From: Methanobacteriota archaeon
Lineage (GTDB): Archaea > Thermoplasmatota > Poseidoniia > Poseidoniales > Poseidoniaceae
Reading direction: 5' to 3'
Length of the DNA stretch: 64,000 bases
Assembly: GCA_949514915.1 (NCBI GenBank)
Contig: CATFLP010000104.1
Coordinates: 2,480 to 66,479 of the forward strand
Part shown: one piece after another, positions 21,882 to 31,500 of the stretch
How the letters are laid out: each line of letters starts with the position of its first letter
How positions within the stretch are numbered: position 1 is the first letter of the stretch
Notes under the pieces: generated by a model
The model's input: only the letters and a program-made list of their open reading frames with translations
The model's database searches: none
Told to the model about the DNA's origin: nothing
Made by a program: the position numbers and the translations under genes

Positions 21882-22574
21882 ATGAAACGAAAACCATTAT
21901 TTCCATTTGTTTTTCCTTTATGTGATTCTAAAGGTAATTTTTTACGCACCAATGCTCTAATTAAATCTAGAGGTTTTTCATTTTCTTATTTATTAATAGT
22001 TATGTTAATTTGGTATTTTTTGGGTTTTGGACATTGGGGTGGTCGTGTTTGTGAATCATTTATTCAACAATTATCTTGTTCTAGTGCAATATGGCCTAAC
22101 AAACTTTTTTCTAAACCTCATGAATATATATTCTCTTTTTTTACTTCTCCATTTTTTCATAATGATCCACCACATTTAAAATTGGTCATTTATGGTTTTT
22201 TAATATTCGCTCAATCTTTTGAAGCAAGATCAAGTCCAAAAAGTGCAATGCTACTTTTTTTCCTATCAATAACATTTACTTGTCTTTTAATTGGTTTAAT
22301 AATGAACATCGGTCATTATTTAGATCCTGATTCTGCTCTTTTTAATGGGGCTTTAGATCGTAGTTTTATGGGAGGATCTGTAGGAATGTTTGGACTTCTT
22401 GGAGGCTTGTCACATTATTCAAGGAAAAAATGGTTAATTCCATCTATTGTAGTTATGTTTGAAATTTGGAATAGATATTTTAATGGAATGAATATTTACA
22501 TAACTATGGGTCATTTAACAAGTTTCTTTTTTGGATTTATTCTATGGAGTTATTGGTTGAAATATGAAAATTAA
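21882..22574 (+). CDS. Rhomboid-family intramembrane serine protease (putative)
   Basis: Multi-TM protein with a GxSG-like motif (GGSVGMFGLLGG) and a downstream TM His (GHLTSFFFG). Confidence 0.45.
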   Translation: MKRKPLFPFVFPLCDSKGNFLRTNALIKSRGFSFSYLLIVMLIWYFLGFGHWGGRVCESFIQQLSCSSAIWPNKLFSKPHEYIFSFFTSPFFHNDPPHLKLVIYGFLIFAQSFEARSSPKSAMLLFFLSITFTCLLIGLIMNIGHYLDPDSALFNGALDRSFMGGSVGMFGLLGGLSHYSRKKWLIPSIVVMFEIWNRYFNGMNIYITMGHLTSFFFGFILWSYWLKYEN

Positions 22575-23197
22575 TTGTTAATTTTTCTACCTAATGAATT
22601 TATATTATTGATTAATGCTTTTTCAATTTTATTTCTATTTGTAATGTGATTATTTGCAGCTAGTGAGGAAGTAATTCCCGCTTCTAAACCACATCCTTCT
22701 AATGATTCAACTCTTTTCTCAGGTGTATCATAATTAATTGATAAGCCATGTCTAGAAACCCATTTTAAAAAAGAAAGGCCTATGCTTGCAACCTTTTTTC
22801 CATTTACCCAGACTCCTCTCATGCGTTCATCTCTAACTCCAATAATGCCTAAATCTGAAAAAGATGTAATAATCCATTCTTCTAACTTTGAAATTATTAC
22901 TTTTGTATTCACTTCATCATCTAAATCCCATTTAATTATTGGATATACGACTAATTGGCCAGGTCCATGCCATGTTAAACCCCCTCCACGATCAACAAAC
23001 TTTCTTGGATAATCTTCAGGAGGGAGTATATTTTCCTTTTTTGCTTTAGGTCCTATGGTTACAATTTCAGGATGTTCAACAAAAATTAAAGTATCATTTA
23101 TTTCATCATTGATTCTCATTTTTTGCATTTCTTTCATTATCAAATCTACTTTTTCATGATCCTCACACGAAAATTGTATGAGTTCCACATTTCGCAT
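22571..23197 (-). CDS. lipB: Octanoyltransferase (lipoyl(octanoyl) transferase)
   Basis: RGGGLTWHGPGQ, catalytic Lys (KKVASIG) and Cys (CGL) motifs typical of LipB. Confidence 0.75.
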   Translation of the reverse strand: MRNVELIQFSCEDHEKVDLIMKEMQKMRINDEINDTLIFVEHPEIVTIGPKAKKENILPPEDYPRKFVDRGGGLTWHGPGQLVVYPIIKWDLDDEVNTKVIISKLEEWIITSFSDLGIIGVRDERMRGVWVNGKKVASIGLSFLKWVSRHGLSINYDTPEKRVESLEGCGLEAGITSSLAANNHITNRNKIEKALINNINSLGRKINN

Positions 23198-23206
23198 ACT
23201 TTAGCC

Positions 23207-24655
23207 TCATGAAATATGAATTGCATGTCCTAAAGTTGCTAGAATTGCTTCATGGAATGATTCAGTCATTGTTGGGTGTGCGTGAATAGTCCCTGCAACG
23301 TCTTCTAATAGCGCACCCATTTCAAGTGCTAGAGAGAATTCTCCTGATAATTCACTGATGGAACTACCAACTGCTTGAATTCCAAGAATCTGATGATTAT
23401 CTTCTCTAGCAAGAACTCTAACGAAGCCTCCTGATTTCTCTGCTTCCATTGTGAGTGCTCTTCCGTTTGCGGCTAGAGGGAATTTTCCTGTTAGTAATTT
23501 GGTTTCTAATTCTGTGCAGTATTTGTTCGCTTCATCCGGAGACATACCTACAGAAACAATTTCTGGTTCTGTAAATACTATGGCTGGAACTGAAACTGGG
23601 TCATACTCTCTAATTTCTCCTGCTATAATTTCAGCAACCATTTCACCTTGAGTTGAAGCAACATGGGCTAACATTTCTCCACTATCTGCAACATCTCCAA
23701 TAGCCCAAACATTTCGCATATTTGTTGCACATTTATTATCTACAATAACAAAACCTTGTTCGTTCATTTTAACTCCCATTTTTTCAATTCCAGAATCTTT
23801 AGATCTAGGCTTTCTTCCAACAGTAACTAAGATTTTATCAGCATCTAATGATTTTTGGGCACCTTTAGAGTCAGTATAATTAATTTTAATGCCATTTGAG
23901 GTTTTTTCCACTCCTTTAGCACGAGATTTTGTATGTACTGTAATCTTGTTTTTCTTCAAGTATAATTCAACAGGCCTTCTTAATTCTTTATCAAATATTG
24001 GTAAAACACTATCCATGGCTTCAATTATTGTGACTTCTGCACCTAGTAATCTGTAGGCAATGCCTAATTCAAGTCCAATATATCCTCCTCCAACAACAAC
24101 TAAATGTTTCGGTAAATCATTTAATTCTAAAGCATCTCTACTTGAAATTACATTTTCATCAAATGGCATAAATGGTAATTCTATTGGTATTGATCCATTA
24201 GCCAAAATTACATGTTCAGCTTCAATTCTTACTTCACCTTCAGAATTTGTAACAATACATGTCTTTGCATCTATAAATTTAGCCCATCCAGAGATTAGTT
24301 TAACTTTTGCAGCCTTTAATAGCCCTTCAACTCCTTTGTTTAATTTATTTACAATCTCTTCTTTCCAAGAAATTAGATTAGCTAAATTAAGTTCTGCGGG
24401 AGAAGGTAGTGTGATTCCCATATGCCCTTCTTTTGTGCTATGTTTGGAAAGTGAATGGAATTTATGAGCAGCATGGATGATGGCTTTTGAGGGTATACAC
24501 CCTCTGATTAAGCATGTCCCCCCTGCTTTTTCACCTTCTACAATAATAGTGTCCATTCCTAATTGTCCAGATCTTATTGCTGCGACATACCCTCCTGGGC
24601 CAGCACCAATTACCAGAACTTTACATCTCTTTGTTTCCATGATGATTCCCCTCAC
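23207..24655 (-). CDS. lpdA: Dihydrolipoyl dehydrogenase (E3)
   Basis: FAD-binding GAGPGG, redox-active disulfide GGTCLIRGCIPSK, C-terminal HAHPT motif. Confidence 0.9.
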   Translation of the reverse strand: MRGIIMETKRCKVLVIGAGPGGYVAAIRSGQLGMDTIIVEGEKAGGTCLIRGCIPSKAIIHAAHKFHSLSKHSTKEGHMGITLPSPAELNLANLISWKEEIVNKLNKGVEGLLKAAKVKLISGWAKFIDAKTCIVTNSEGEVRIEAEHVILANGSIPIELPFMPFDENVISSRDALELNDLPKHLVVVGGGYIGLELGIAYRLLGAEVTIIEAMDSVLPIFDKELRRPVELYLKKNKITVHTKSRAKGVEKTSNGIKINYTDSKGAQKSLDADKILVTVGRKPRSKDSGIEKMGVKMNEQGFVIVDNKCATNMRNVWAIGDVADSGEMLAHVASTQGEMVAEIIAGEIREYDPVSVPAIVFTEPEIVSVGMSPDEANKYCTELETKLLTGKFPLAANGRALTMEAEKSGGFVRVLAREDNHQILGIQAVGSSISELSGEFSLALEMGALLEDVAGTIHAHPTMTESFHEAILATLGHAIHIS

Positions 24656-25890
24656 ATGAAAATTGTAGCTGGATGTTCTAGTAATTTCTTAAGAGTTTGA
24701 ATTAACATAGCTCCATCCCAACCATCTATGACTCTATGGTCCCAACTAGAACTTAATCGCATTATTTTTCTCACTTCAATTCTACCATCAATAACAACAG
24801 GTTCGTCTTTAGCATTATGTACTCCTAATATACCAACTTCTGGATGATTAATTATTGGTGTTGCTCCTAAACCTCCCATTCTGCCTAAACTTGTAATTGT
24901 AAATGTAGAACCTTGTAAATCTTTAATGCTTGCAGTACCATCTCTTGAAGCCTTTGAAACTCTCATCATTTCACTAGCAGATTCCCATATGTCTTGTGCT
25001 TCTACATTTTTAACTACTGGAACAAATAATCCTTTGTCTGTTTGGGTTGCAATACCTAAATTTATTGCTTCATATTGTAGAATTTTTTCTTCTTCATCTA
25101 AATAATGAGCATTACATTTTGGGTGCTCAGATAATGCTTTTACGAGTGCTTGCATTATGAAAGGTAAATATGTTAATTTTGGTTGTCCTTCTTTTCTATT
25201 ATTGTTTAGATGAACTCTTAATTCTTCAAGGTTCGTTACATCAACTTCTTCGAAATATGAAAAATGAGCTATTGTAGAATATGATTTACTCATTTGCTCC
25301 GCAATTTTCCTTCTTAATCCAATTACAGGTACTTCTTTTACACCAGATAATGCTGTCCTTTTTACTCCTGCAGCGGCAACTGGAGACCCTGCTTCTTTCC
25401 ATGAATCAAGATCTGTATGTGTAATTCTTCCACCAGGGCCACTTCCACTTACTTCGTTTAAGTTGATTCCAACTTCTCTTGCTTTTTTACGAACGGCAGG
25501 GCTTGCCATTACTCTTTCACCTTTTTTTCTTACTTGAGGTGTGGCTTTAGTTGTCTTTTCCACTACTTTTTCTACTATCTTTTCCTCTTTAATTTCTTGA
25601 GTTATAGTTTCTTCTTCAGTAACTTCCACTACTTCTTCTGTTGAGCCACCTTCTCCTTCAAAAACAATACATACTTGTCCAACTTTAAGCATCTCACCTG
25701 CTTTTCCTTGGATTGATTTGATAATTCCATCAGTTGGGCTTGGAATTGTAACTGTTGCTTTATCAGTCATAACATCTAATATGGGATCATCTTCTTTTAC
25801 AGAATCACCTACTTTTACGTGCCAAGAAACAATTTCTCCTTCTACGACACCTTCTCCTATATCTGGTAACCTAAATTCAATTTTCCCCAT
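24652..25890 (-). CDS. Dihydrolipoamide acyltransferase (E2) of a 2-oxoacid dehydrogenase complex
   Basis: Single lipoyl domain (VMTDKATVTIPSP), E3-binding region and catalytic DHRVIDG motif. Confidence 0.9.
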   Translation of the reverse strand: MGKIEFRLPDIGEGVVEGEIVSWHVKVGDSVKEDDPILDVMTDKATVTIPSPTDGIIKSIQGKAGEMLKVGQVCIVFEGEGGSTEEVVEVTEEETITQEIKEEKIVEKVVEKTTKATPQVRKKGERVMASPAVRKKAREVGINLNEVSGSGPGGRITHTDLDSWKEAGSPVAAAGVKRTALSGVKEVPVIGLRRKIAEQMSKSYSTIAHFSYFEEVDVTNLEELRVHLNNNRKEGQPKLTYLPFIMQALVKALSEHPKCNAHYLDEEEKILQYEAINLGIATQTDKGLFVPVVKNVEAQDIWESASEMMRVSKASRDGTASIKDLQGSTFTITSLGRMGGLGATPIINHPEVGILGVHNAKDEPVVIDGRIEVRKIMRLSSSWDHRVIDGWDGAMLIQTLKKLLEHPATIFM

Positions 25891-25893
25891 GTT

Positions 25894-26904
25894 TCATTCC
25901 TCTATAGTATTCTTTATTGCTGTTGCTATCCTTTCAGGACTTGGTAAGTAATCCCATTCAGTAGAATGCGGGAACGGTGTATCCCATCCTGTAACTCTAG
26001 TGATTGGCGATTCTAGTGAATAGAAACATCTTTCTTGAATTGAGGCTGAGATTTCTGCTCCAAAGCCACTAGTTTTTGGTGCTTCATGAACTATGACGCA
26101 TCTGCCTGTTTTTTGAATGGAATTAACAATAGTGTCTTTATCAAATGGAATTAGTGTTTGTAAATCTATTAATTCACAAGAAATTCCACTTTCTTTGATA
26201 CCTTTTTCGGCCACATGTACCATAGCACCCCATGCTATTACTGTACATTCAGAGCCTTCTTGTACAATGTCCGCTTTACCTAGTTCAATTTTATAATAAT
26301 CTTCGGGCACTTCAGATTTTGGATGTCCTGCCCATGTAGGTACATTATGTGGATCTCCATAAAATGGTCCTCTGTAACACCTTTTTGGCTCAAAGAATAT
26401 TACGGGATCATTAGATTCTATTGCAGCCGTTAGTAATCCTTTGGCATTATTTGGATTTGAACAATATACTACTTTTATTCCTGGTGTATGTGTAAATTGT
26501 GCTTCAGGAGATTGAGAGTGGTGATTTCCACCTTTAATTCCACCACCTGCTGGAGTTCTAAATGTTATTGGGGTCGAAAATTCACCGCCACTTCTATATC
26601 TGATTTTAGAGATTTCATTTACTATTTGATCATATGCAGGGAAGATATAATCCGCAAATTGGATTTCTACAACTGGCCTAAGTCCATTTATTCCCATTCC
26701 AAATGCAGTTGCAGCAATACCTCCTTCTGCTAAAGGTGAATCAAAAACACGATGTTTCCCATACTTTTGTTGTAATGTATCAGTTACTCTAAAAACCCCG
26801 CCAAAGAAACCAACATCTTCTCCAAATATTACCACACTATCATCATTTTTTAATTGAATGTCTAAAGCAGAATTAAGTGCTTGAATCATATTCATTTCTA
26901 CCAT
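25894..26904 (-). CDS. 2-oxoacid dehydrogenase E1 component beta subunit
   Basis: Transketolase-like pyrimidine-binding and C-terminal domains of a heterotetrameric E1. Confidence 0.88.
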   Translation of the reverse strand: MVEMNMIQALNSALDIQLKNDDSVVIFGEDVGFFGGVFRVTDTLQQKYGKHRVFDSPLAEGGIAATAFGMGINGLRPVVEIQFADYIFPAYDQIVNEISKIRYRSGGEFSTPITFRTPAGGGIKGGNHHSQSPEAQFTHTPGIKVVYCSNPNNAKGLLTAAIESNDPVIFFEPKRCYRGPFYGDPHNVPTWAGHPKSEVPEDYYKIELGKADIVQEGSECTVIAWGAMVHVAEKGIKESGISCELIDLQTLIPFDKDTIVNSIQKTGRCVIVHEAPKTSGFGAEISASIQERCFYSLESPITRVTGWDTPFPHSTEWDYLPSPERIATAIKNTIEE

Positions 26905-26908
26905 AAAA

Positions 26909-28150
26909 TCACTTTCCTAATTCCTCTCTTTGTTCTTGTATATGCCATGGTATTTCTTCATAGACATCACTAAAAATTGTAGATGCAGGAGGGAATGGTC
27001 CATTGGCTAAATCACCATATTTTACTGCTTCTTTATAGGCAGCCATGACTTCAGAATCTATTTTTTCAGTTAGTTCTTTATCTCTTTTTTCATCCCATTC
27101 TCCAATTTTAATTAAATGCATTTTTAGACGTTCAACAGGATCTCCACCTGGCCAAAATTCAGCTTCATCACCTGGTCTATATCTTGATGGGTCATCAGAG
27201 GAACTATGTGCGCCAGCCCTATACGTGTATATCTCAATATGTGTTGGTCCTAATCCTGCTCTACATCTTTCTGCTGCCCATTTTGTTATTGAATAAAGTG
27301 CTAAGAAATCATTTCCATCTACTCTAAAGCAAGGGATGTCATAAGAAAGACCTCTTGATGCAAAATTAACACCTCCAGTAGCCAAGTTGCTATGTGTTGA
27401 AATTGCCCATTGATTATTTACAACATTTAATATTACTGGAGGTTTGAATGCACTAGCAAAATTAAGGCCATAATGGTAATCTCCTTGAGCACTAGTTCCA
27501 TCTCCCAGCCAAGTGATTGTTACTTCATCTGTGCCTTTGTAAGCACTTGCCATGGCGACACCAACAGCTTGACTAAATTGAGTTCCTACAGGGCTAGAAA
27601 TGGAAATAAATCGCCCTTCTTTATATGTATAATGAACTGGCATTTGTCTTCCTTTAACATTATCTAATTCATTTCCAATACAATGACAAATCATCGAAAC
27701 CATATCTCTGCCTCTAACAAATTGAGCACCTGGTTGTCTATATGATGGAAAAATCCAATCTTGTTCTTCTAAAGCCATTGTTTGAGCGATTGCAATTGCT
27801 TCTTCTCCAAGGGACCTCATGTAAAAGGAAAGTTTCCCAGTCCTTTGCATCTTCATCATTCTATCGTCAAAGATTCTTAACTTCATCATATATTCTAAAC
27901 CCTTTCTAAGTATGTCAGGATCTAACTTTGGATCCCATTCTCCTTTAGCTTCATTAGAATCATTTAGAACACGTAATAATCCATATGCATGTTTTTCTGT
28001 ATCTTTACTTGTACATTTGAGTGGATCTAATTTTTTCAAATCTTCAGGCTGGAAATCCCAACTTGAGAAAGTTGGTTTCTCACCAGGTCTAGCAGGAGGA
28101 GTTCCTACCCGGAAAGGAGTGGATTTGTTTGCCTTGTCTTCATCACTCAT
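26909..28150 (-). CDS. 2-oxoacid dehydrogenase E1 component alpha subunit (TPP-binding)
   Basis: TPP-binding GDG...N motif (WLGDGTSAQGDYHYGLNFA); PDH/BCKDH-type E1 alpha. Confidence 0.88.
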   Translation of the reverse strand: MSDEDKANKSTPFRVGTPPARPGEKPTFSSWDFQPEDLKKLDPLKCTSKDTEKHAYGLLRVLNDSNEAKGEWDPKLDPDILRKGLEYMMKLRIFDDRMMKMQRTGKLSFYMRSLGEEAIAIAQTMALEEQDWIFPSYRQPGAQFVRGRDMVSMICHCIGNELDNVKGRQMPVHYTYKEGRFISISSPVGTQFSQAVGVAMASAYKGTDEVTITWLGDGTSAQGDYHYGLNFASAFKPPVILNVVNNQWAISTHSNLATGGVNFASRGLSYDIPCFRVDGNDFLALYSITKWAAERCRAGLGPTHIEIYTYRAGAHSSSDDPSRYRPGDEAEFWPGGDPVERLKMHLIKIGEWDEKRDKELTEKIDSEVMAAYKEAVKYGDLANGPFPPASTIFSDVYEEIPWHIQEQREELGK

Positions 28151-28184
28151 AATAGTCCCTCTTCACTTCTCTCTTTGATTGTTT

Positions 28185-29123
28185 CTAATTTTTGGTTATA
28201 TTTCTATAAAGAATCCCTGCACGATATGATGAACGTACTAAGGGTCCACAAGCTGTACCTAGGAATCCCATGTCCTTAGCCAAAATGTCCCATTCTTTGA
28301 ATTTTTCAGGATTGGGGAATCTATCTACAGGCAATAATTTTTTATTCGGCTGAAGATATTGACCTATTGTTATGATGTCACAATTAACTTCTCTCAATAA
28401 TTTCATAGCCTCAATAATTTCATCATCTGTTTCTCCAAGTCCTACCATTATGCTGCTTTTTGTAATTATGTCTGGCCTTAATTCCTTAGCCCAGCGTAAA
28501 ACATTTAGAGATTGATTAAATGATGCTCTTTGATCTCTAACAATGGAATCTAATCTTGGTACACATTCTACATTATGTGCAAATACATCTAGTTCTAGAT
28601 TTTCTAATAATGACGATAGTGCTTTTTTATCTCCTGCTAAATCACTACAAAGTAATTCAAGTGATGTATCAGGGCAAACTTCTCTTACTTTTTCAATGCA
28701 TTTTCTATAATGCATTGCTCCACTATCACTTAAATCATCTCTATTTACTACAGTAATTACAGCATGTTCTAAGTTCATATTTTTAACCGCAAGAGCAAGA
28801 TTTAGTGGTTCATCTTCATCTAATGGAGGCGGAGTTTTAATTGACCCTACAGCACAAAATCTACATCCTCTTGTACATTCTTGGCCAGCAATCATAAATG
28901 TCGCAGTACCTCTGCCCCAACATTCATGGATGTTAGGACATTTTGCTTCAACGCAAACAGTGTTTAGAGTATTTTCATTAATAGTAGATTTTATTTTGTT
29001 GAATGCGTTTAATGCTTTTCCTGTAGGTAATGATACTCTAAACCATTCAGGCAATCTGGTTTTTACCTTTTTCTTGGTTGATGAATCCGCATCTTGCAAT
29101 ACAGGTAGACGTTGTCCAGCCAT
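28185..29123 (-). CDS. lipA: Lipoyl synthase (radical SAM)
   Basis: Auxiliary cluster Cys motif (CVEAKCPNIHEC) and radical-SAM CxxxCxxC (CTRGCRFCAV). Confidence 0.9.
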   Translation of the reverse strand: MAGQRLPVLQDADSSTKKKVKTRLPEWFRVSLPTGKALNAFNKIKSTINENTLNTVCVEAKCPNIHECWGRGTATFMIAGQECTRGCRFCAVGSIKTPPPLDEDEPLNLALAVKNMNLEHAVITVVNRDDLSDSGAMHYRKCIEKVREVCPDTSLELLCSDLAGDKKALSSLLENLELDVFAHNVECVPRLDSIVRDQRASFNQSLNVLRWAKELRPDIITKSSIMVGLGETDDEIIEAMKLLREVNCDIITIGQYLQPNKKLLPVDRFPNPEKFKEWDILAKDMGFLGTACGPLVRSSYRAGILYRNITKN

Positions 29124-29220
29124 CCTACTCAGTAGACCCTATATCCTAAGTCTCAAAAGTGTTTGTTTTTTGAATTTTTAAAATCAAGAACCTTCAAACG
29201 TATTAAGGATAGGCAATAGC

Positions 29221-29979
29221 ATGGGCCGAAGAGATATCGACTCAACAATACTAGGGAATAAAATTGCTTTAGTTACAGGTTCTGCAAAGAGACTTGGTGC
29301 AGCAATTGCAATACACTTTGCAAAAAATGGGTATGATATTCTTGTTCATTATAACACTTCAAAAAAAGAAGCAGAGGGAGTGCTTTCTATTATTAGTGAA
29401 ATGGGTAGAAATGCGACATTAATTAAAGCGGATTTAACTACTGAATTAGATCTATTTATTGATGAAGTGAAGAATACAGATTTAGTTAAAAAAAGAGGTG
29501 GTCTTGATGTACTTGTAAATTCTGCTTCTAAATATGAAAAAATTGAATTTTCATTAGTTTCCCAAGAAAAATGGGATTCTATGCACGATATAAATTCAAA
29601 GGCCCCATATTTTATAATTCAAGGATTATTAAACGAATTAAAAATGGTTAATGGTTGTGTAATTAATATGGTTGATACGTCATATAATCGCCCTTGGGAG
29701 AATTATAGTAATTATTGTGCTAGTAAAGCATCTTTGTATAATTTAACAATGAGTCTTTCATATGAATTAGCTCCTGAAGTAAGGGTAAATGGTATTGCAC
29801 CAGGTGCGATTATGTTTCCAGATTGGCTTGATGAAAAAGATAGACAAGAGATATTGAATCAAATACCTATGAAAAGAGAAGGAACGGTTGAAGAAATTTC
29901 AGAAACTGCTTTATTTTTAGCAAATGGTCCAAATTATGTCACAGGACAAATTATTGGTGTAGATGGTGGATTAAAATAA
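29221..29979 (+). CDS. Short-chain dehydrogenase/reductase (SDR)
   Basis: TGSAKRLG Rossmann motif and catalytic YxxxK (YCASKAS). Confidence 0.8.
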   Translation: MGRRDIDSTILGNKIALVTGSAKRLGAAIAIHFAKNGYDILVHYNTSKKEAEGVLSIISEMGRNATLIKADLTTELDLFIDEVKNTDLVKKRGGLDVLVNSASKYEKIEFSLVSQEKWDSMHDINSKAPYFIIQGLLNELKMVNGCVINMVDTSYNRPWENYSNYCASKASLYNLTMSLSYELAPEVRVNGIAPGAIMFPDWLDEKDRQEILNQIPMKREGTVEEISETALFLANGPNYVTGQIIGVDGGLK

Positions 29980-30008
29980 TAAATCCAGTGAAAAAACGAA
30001 AATAAAAA

Positions 30009-31220
30009 GTGCATAATCATATATCTCTTGTTGCTCGGCTTTTCATGGGATGGCTTCAATCCACAGCAATAGACCTCTCTGATTCTTCGGTAAAGGGTAG
30101 TTTTTCTGCCAAGTCTTGCATTTCTAGTGAAATGGAATTAACTGCAGATGATTCTGGTTTACATTTTAAATTAGGAGTGGCTGAAAAGAGTTTTGAAAAA
30201 GGTACGATAAAGGCATTAAGAACAATACGTGAAAGTAATAATTTACCTGCTTTATGGACATTGCAATTGAAATTAGATAATGATGAATGGGTCGATATTT
30301 TAGAAAGTTATGACGAAAATTCATTGTTGGATATGATGAATGGAATTGCTTCCAAATTGTTACTTCCTCTAAAAGAACATACAGGCCGTTTAGTAAGAAG
30401 AGATGAGCATGGCATGGGAGTAATTGAACAATTAGCTAGATTTCCTGATCGTTGGCCAAGACCTGAAAGATTACCATCAATACAATTTGGATTTAGAAAA
30501 GGAGTAAACAGTGTATACACTACAATACCAACACGCTCTACACAATCAGCATTAGCATTTTTTTGGATTTCATTATTGTTTTCCTTTGGTGTTGGAATTT
30601 CGATGTGGTATTTGAGGACTATTGGTGATAAAGATTACAATCAATTAATTTGGATCTTTTTATTCCCCATACTCACGATTGCTTATTGGTTGGTCTTTAA
30701 TTCAAATACTGGACAATTAGAATCAAGACATAAATTGAATATTTCTGCAACGAATATTTCATTACAGGCCAAATTTTTAGGAATTATTCCTTTAAAATCT
30801 AAAATTTGGGATTTAGATGATTTCGTAGATATAGACGCTGACGAGGATGGAAGACTAACTTTGTTTATTGGAAATCGTAGATATTCTATGAAAATGCATA
30901 GAAGAGAAGCAGAATGGTTCGTCGGAGAGGTTGCAACACAGATGGAGCAATTAATGGTAGATCGAATTAATGAAGCCAGAGAATCAATGAATTTAGAATT
31001 AAAAGAGGCATTTAAGAAATTTGATGCTAATAATGATGGCAATTTATCTACTGAAGAATTAGAAGCAGCTATTGAAGAATTTGGAATTGGACTTTCTAAA
31101 TTACAAATGAAGGTATTAATGAGAGATATTGATAAAGATTCAGATGGAAAGATAGATTATAATGAATTTGTAGATCGCTTTTCTTCACTCAGTTCGACTG
31201 ATGTCTCAGAAGAAGAATAA
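30009..31220 (+). CDS. Membrane protein with a C-terminal pair of canonical EF-hand Ca2+-binding loops
   Basis: Two TM helices mid-protein. EF loops DANNDGNLSTEE and DKDSDGKIDYNE each fit the 12-residue D-x-[DN]-x-D-G-x-[IL]-x-x-x-E consensus. Confidence 0.6.
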   Translation: MHNHISLVARLFMGWLQSTAIDLSDSSVKGSFSAKSCISSEMELTADDSGLHFKLGVAEKSFEKGTIKALRTIRESNNLPALWTLQLKLDNDEWVDILESYDENSLLDMMNGIASKLLLPLKEHTGRLVRRDEHGMGVIEQLARFPDRWPRPERLPSIQFGFRKGVNSVYTTIPTRSTQSALAFFWISLLFSFGVGISMWYLRTIGDKDYNQLIWIFLFPILTIAYWLVFNSNTGQLESRHKLNISATNISLQAKFLGIIPLKSKIWDLDDFVDIDADEDGRLTLFIGNRRYSMKMHRREAEWFVGEVATQMEQLMVDRINEARESMNLELKEAFKKFDANNDGNLSTEELEAAIEEFGIGLSKLQMKVLMRDIDKDSDGKIDYNEFVDRFSSLSSTDVSEEE

Positions 31221-31296
31221 ATGCGGGGGATGGAGCCCCAGCAGAATAAGTGAGATTGTTGGAATTTAGAACAAATTAGGACTTTTTTATGTTTCA

Positions 31297-31378
31297 TGCT
31301 GGGGGTGGGATTTGAACCCACGAAGGCTTCGCCACCGGATCTTAAGTCCGGCCCCTTTGACCACTCGGGTACCCCAGC
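31297..31378 (-). tRNA. tRNA-Leu (anticodon UAA), class II with long variable arm, CCA not encoded
   Basis: Reverse complement reads GCTGGGG-TA-CCCGAGTGGTCAAAGGGG-CCGGA-CTTAAGA-TCCGG-TGGCGAAGCCTTCG-TGGGTTCAAATCCCA-CCCCAGC-A. It has a 7-bp acceptor stem, an anticodon stem CCGGA/TCCGG with loop CTTAAGA (anticodon TAA), and a GTTCAAATC T-loop. Confidence 0.85.
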
Positions 31379-31438
31379 GGCCCTCCGAAACCGAACTAGT
31401 TTTTCAACGAGTAGGATAATATGGCTAAAATTAACTAC

Positions 31439-31450
31439 TTATGTACATAA
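31439..31450. promoter_or_regulatory. Perfect 12-nt palindrome TTATGTACATAA about 55-65 nt upstream of the first giant surface-protein gene; candidate operator
   Basis: The sequence equals its reverse complement. It sits inside an 8-bp inverted repeat (31407-31414 / 31472-31479) between tRNA-Leu and the giant gene. Confidence 0.2.
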
Positions 31451-31500
31451 GACGGCAAACCGTTTAATGCTCTACTCGTACGGTTACTTGTTAACGGGTA

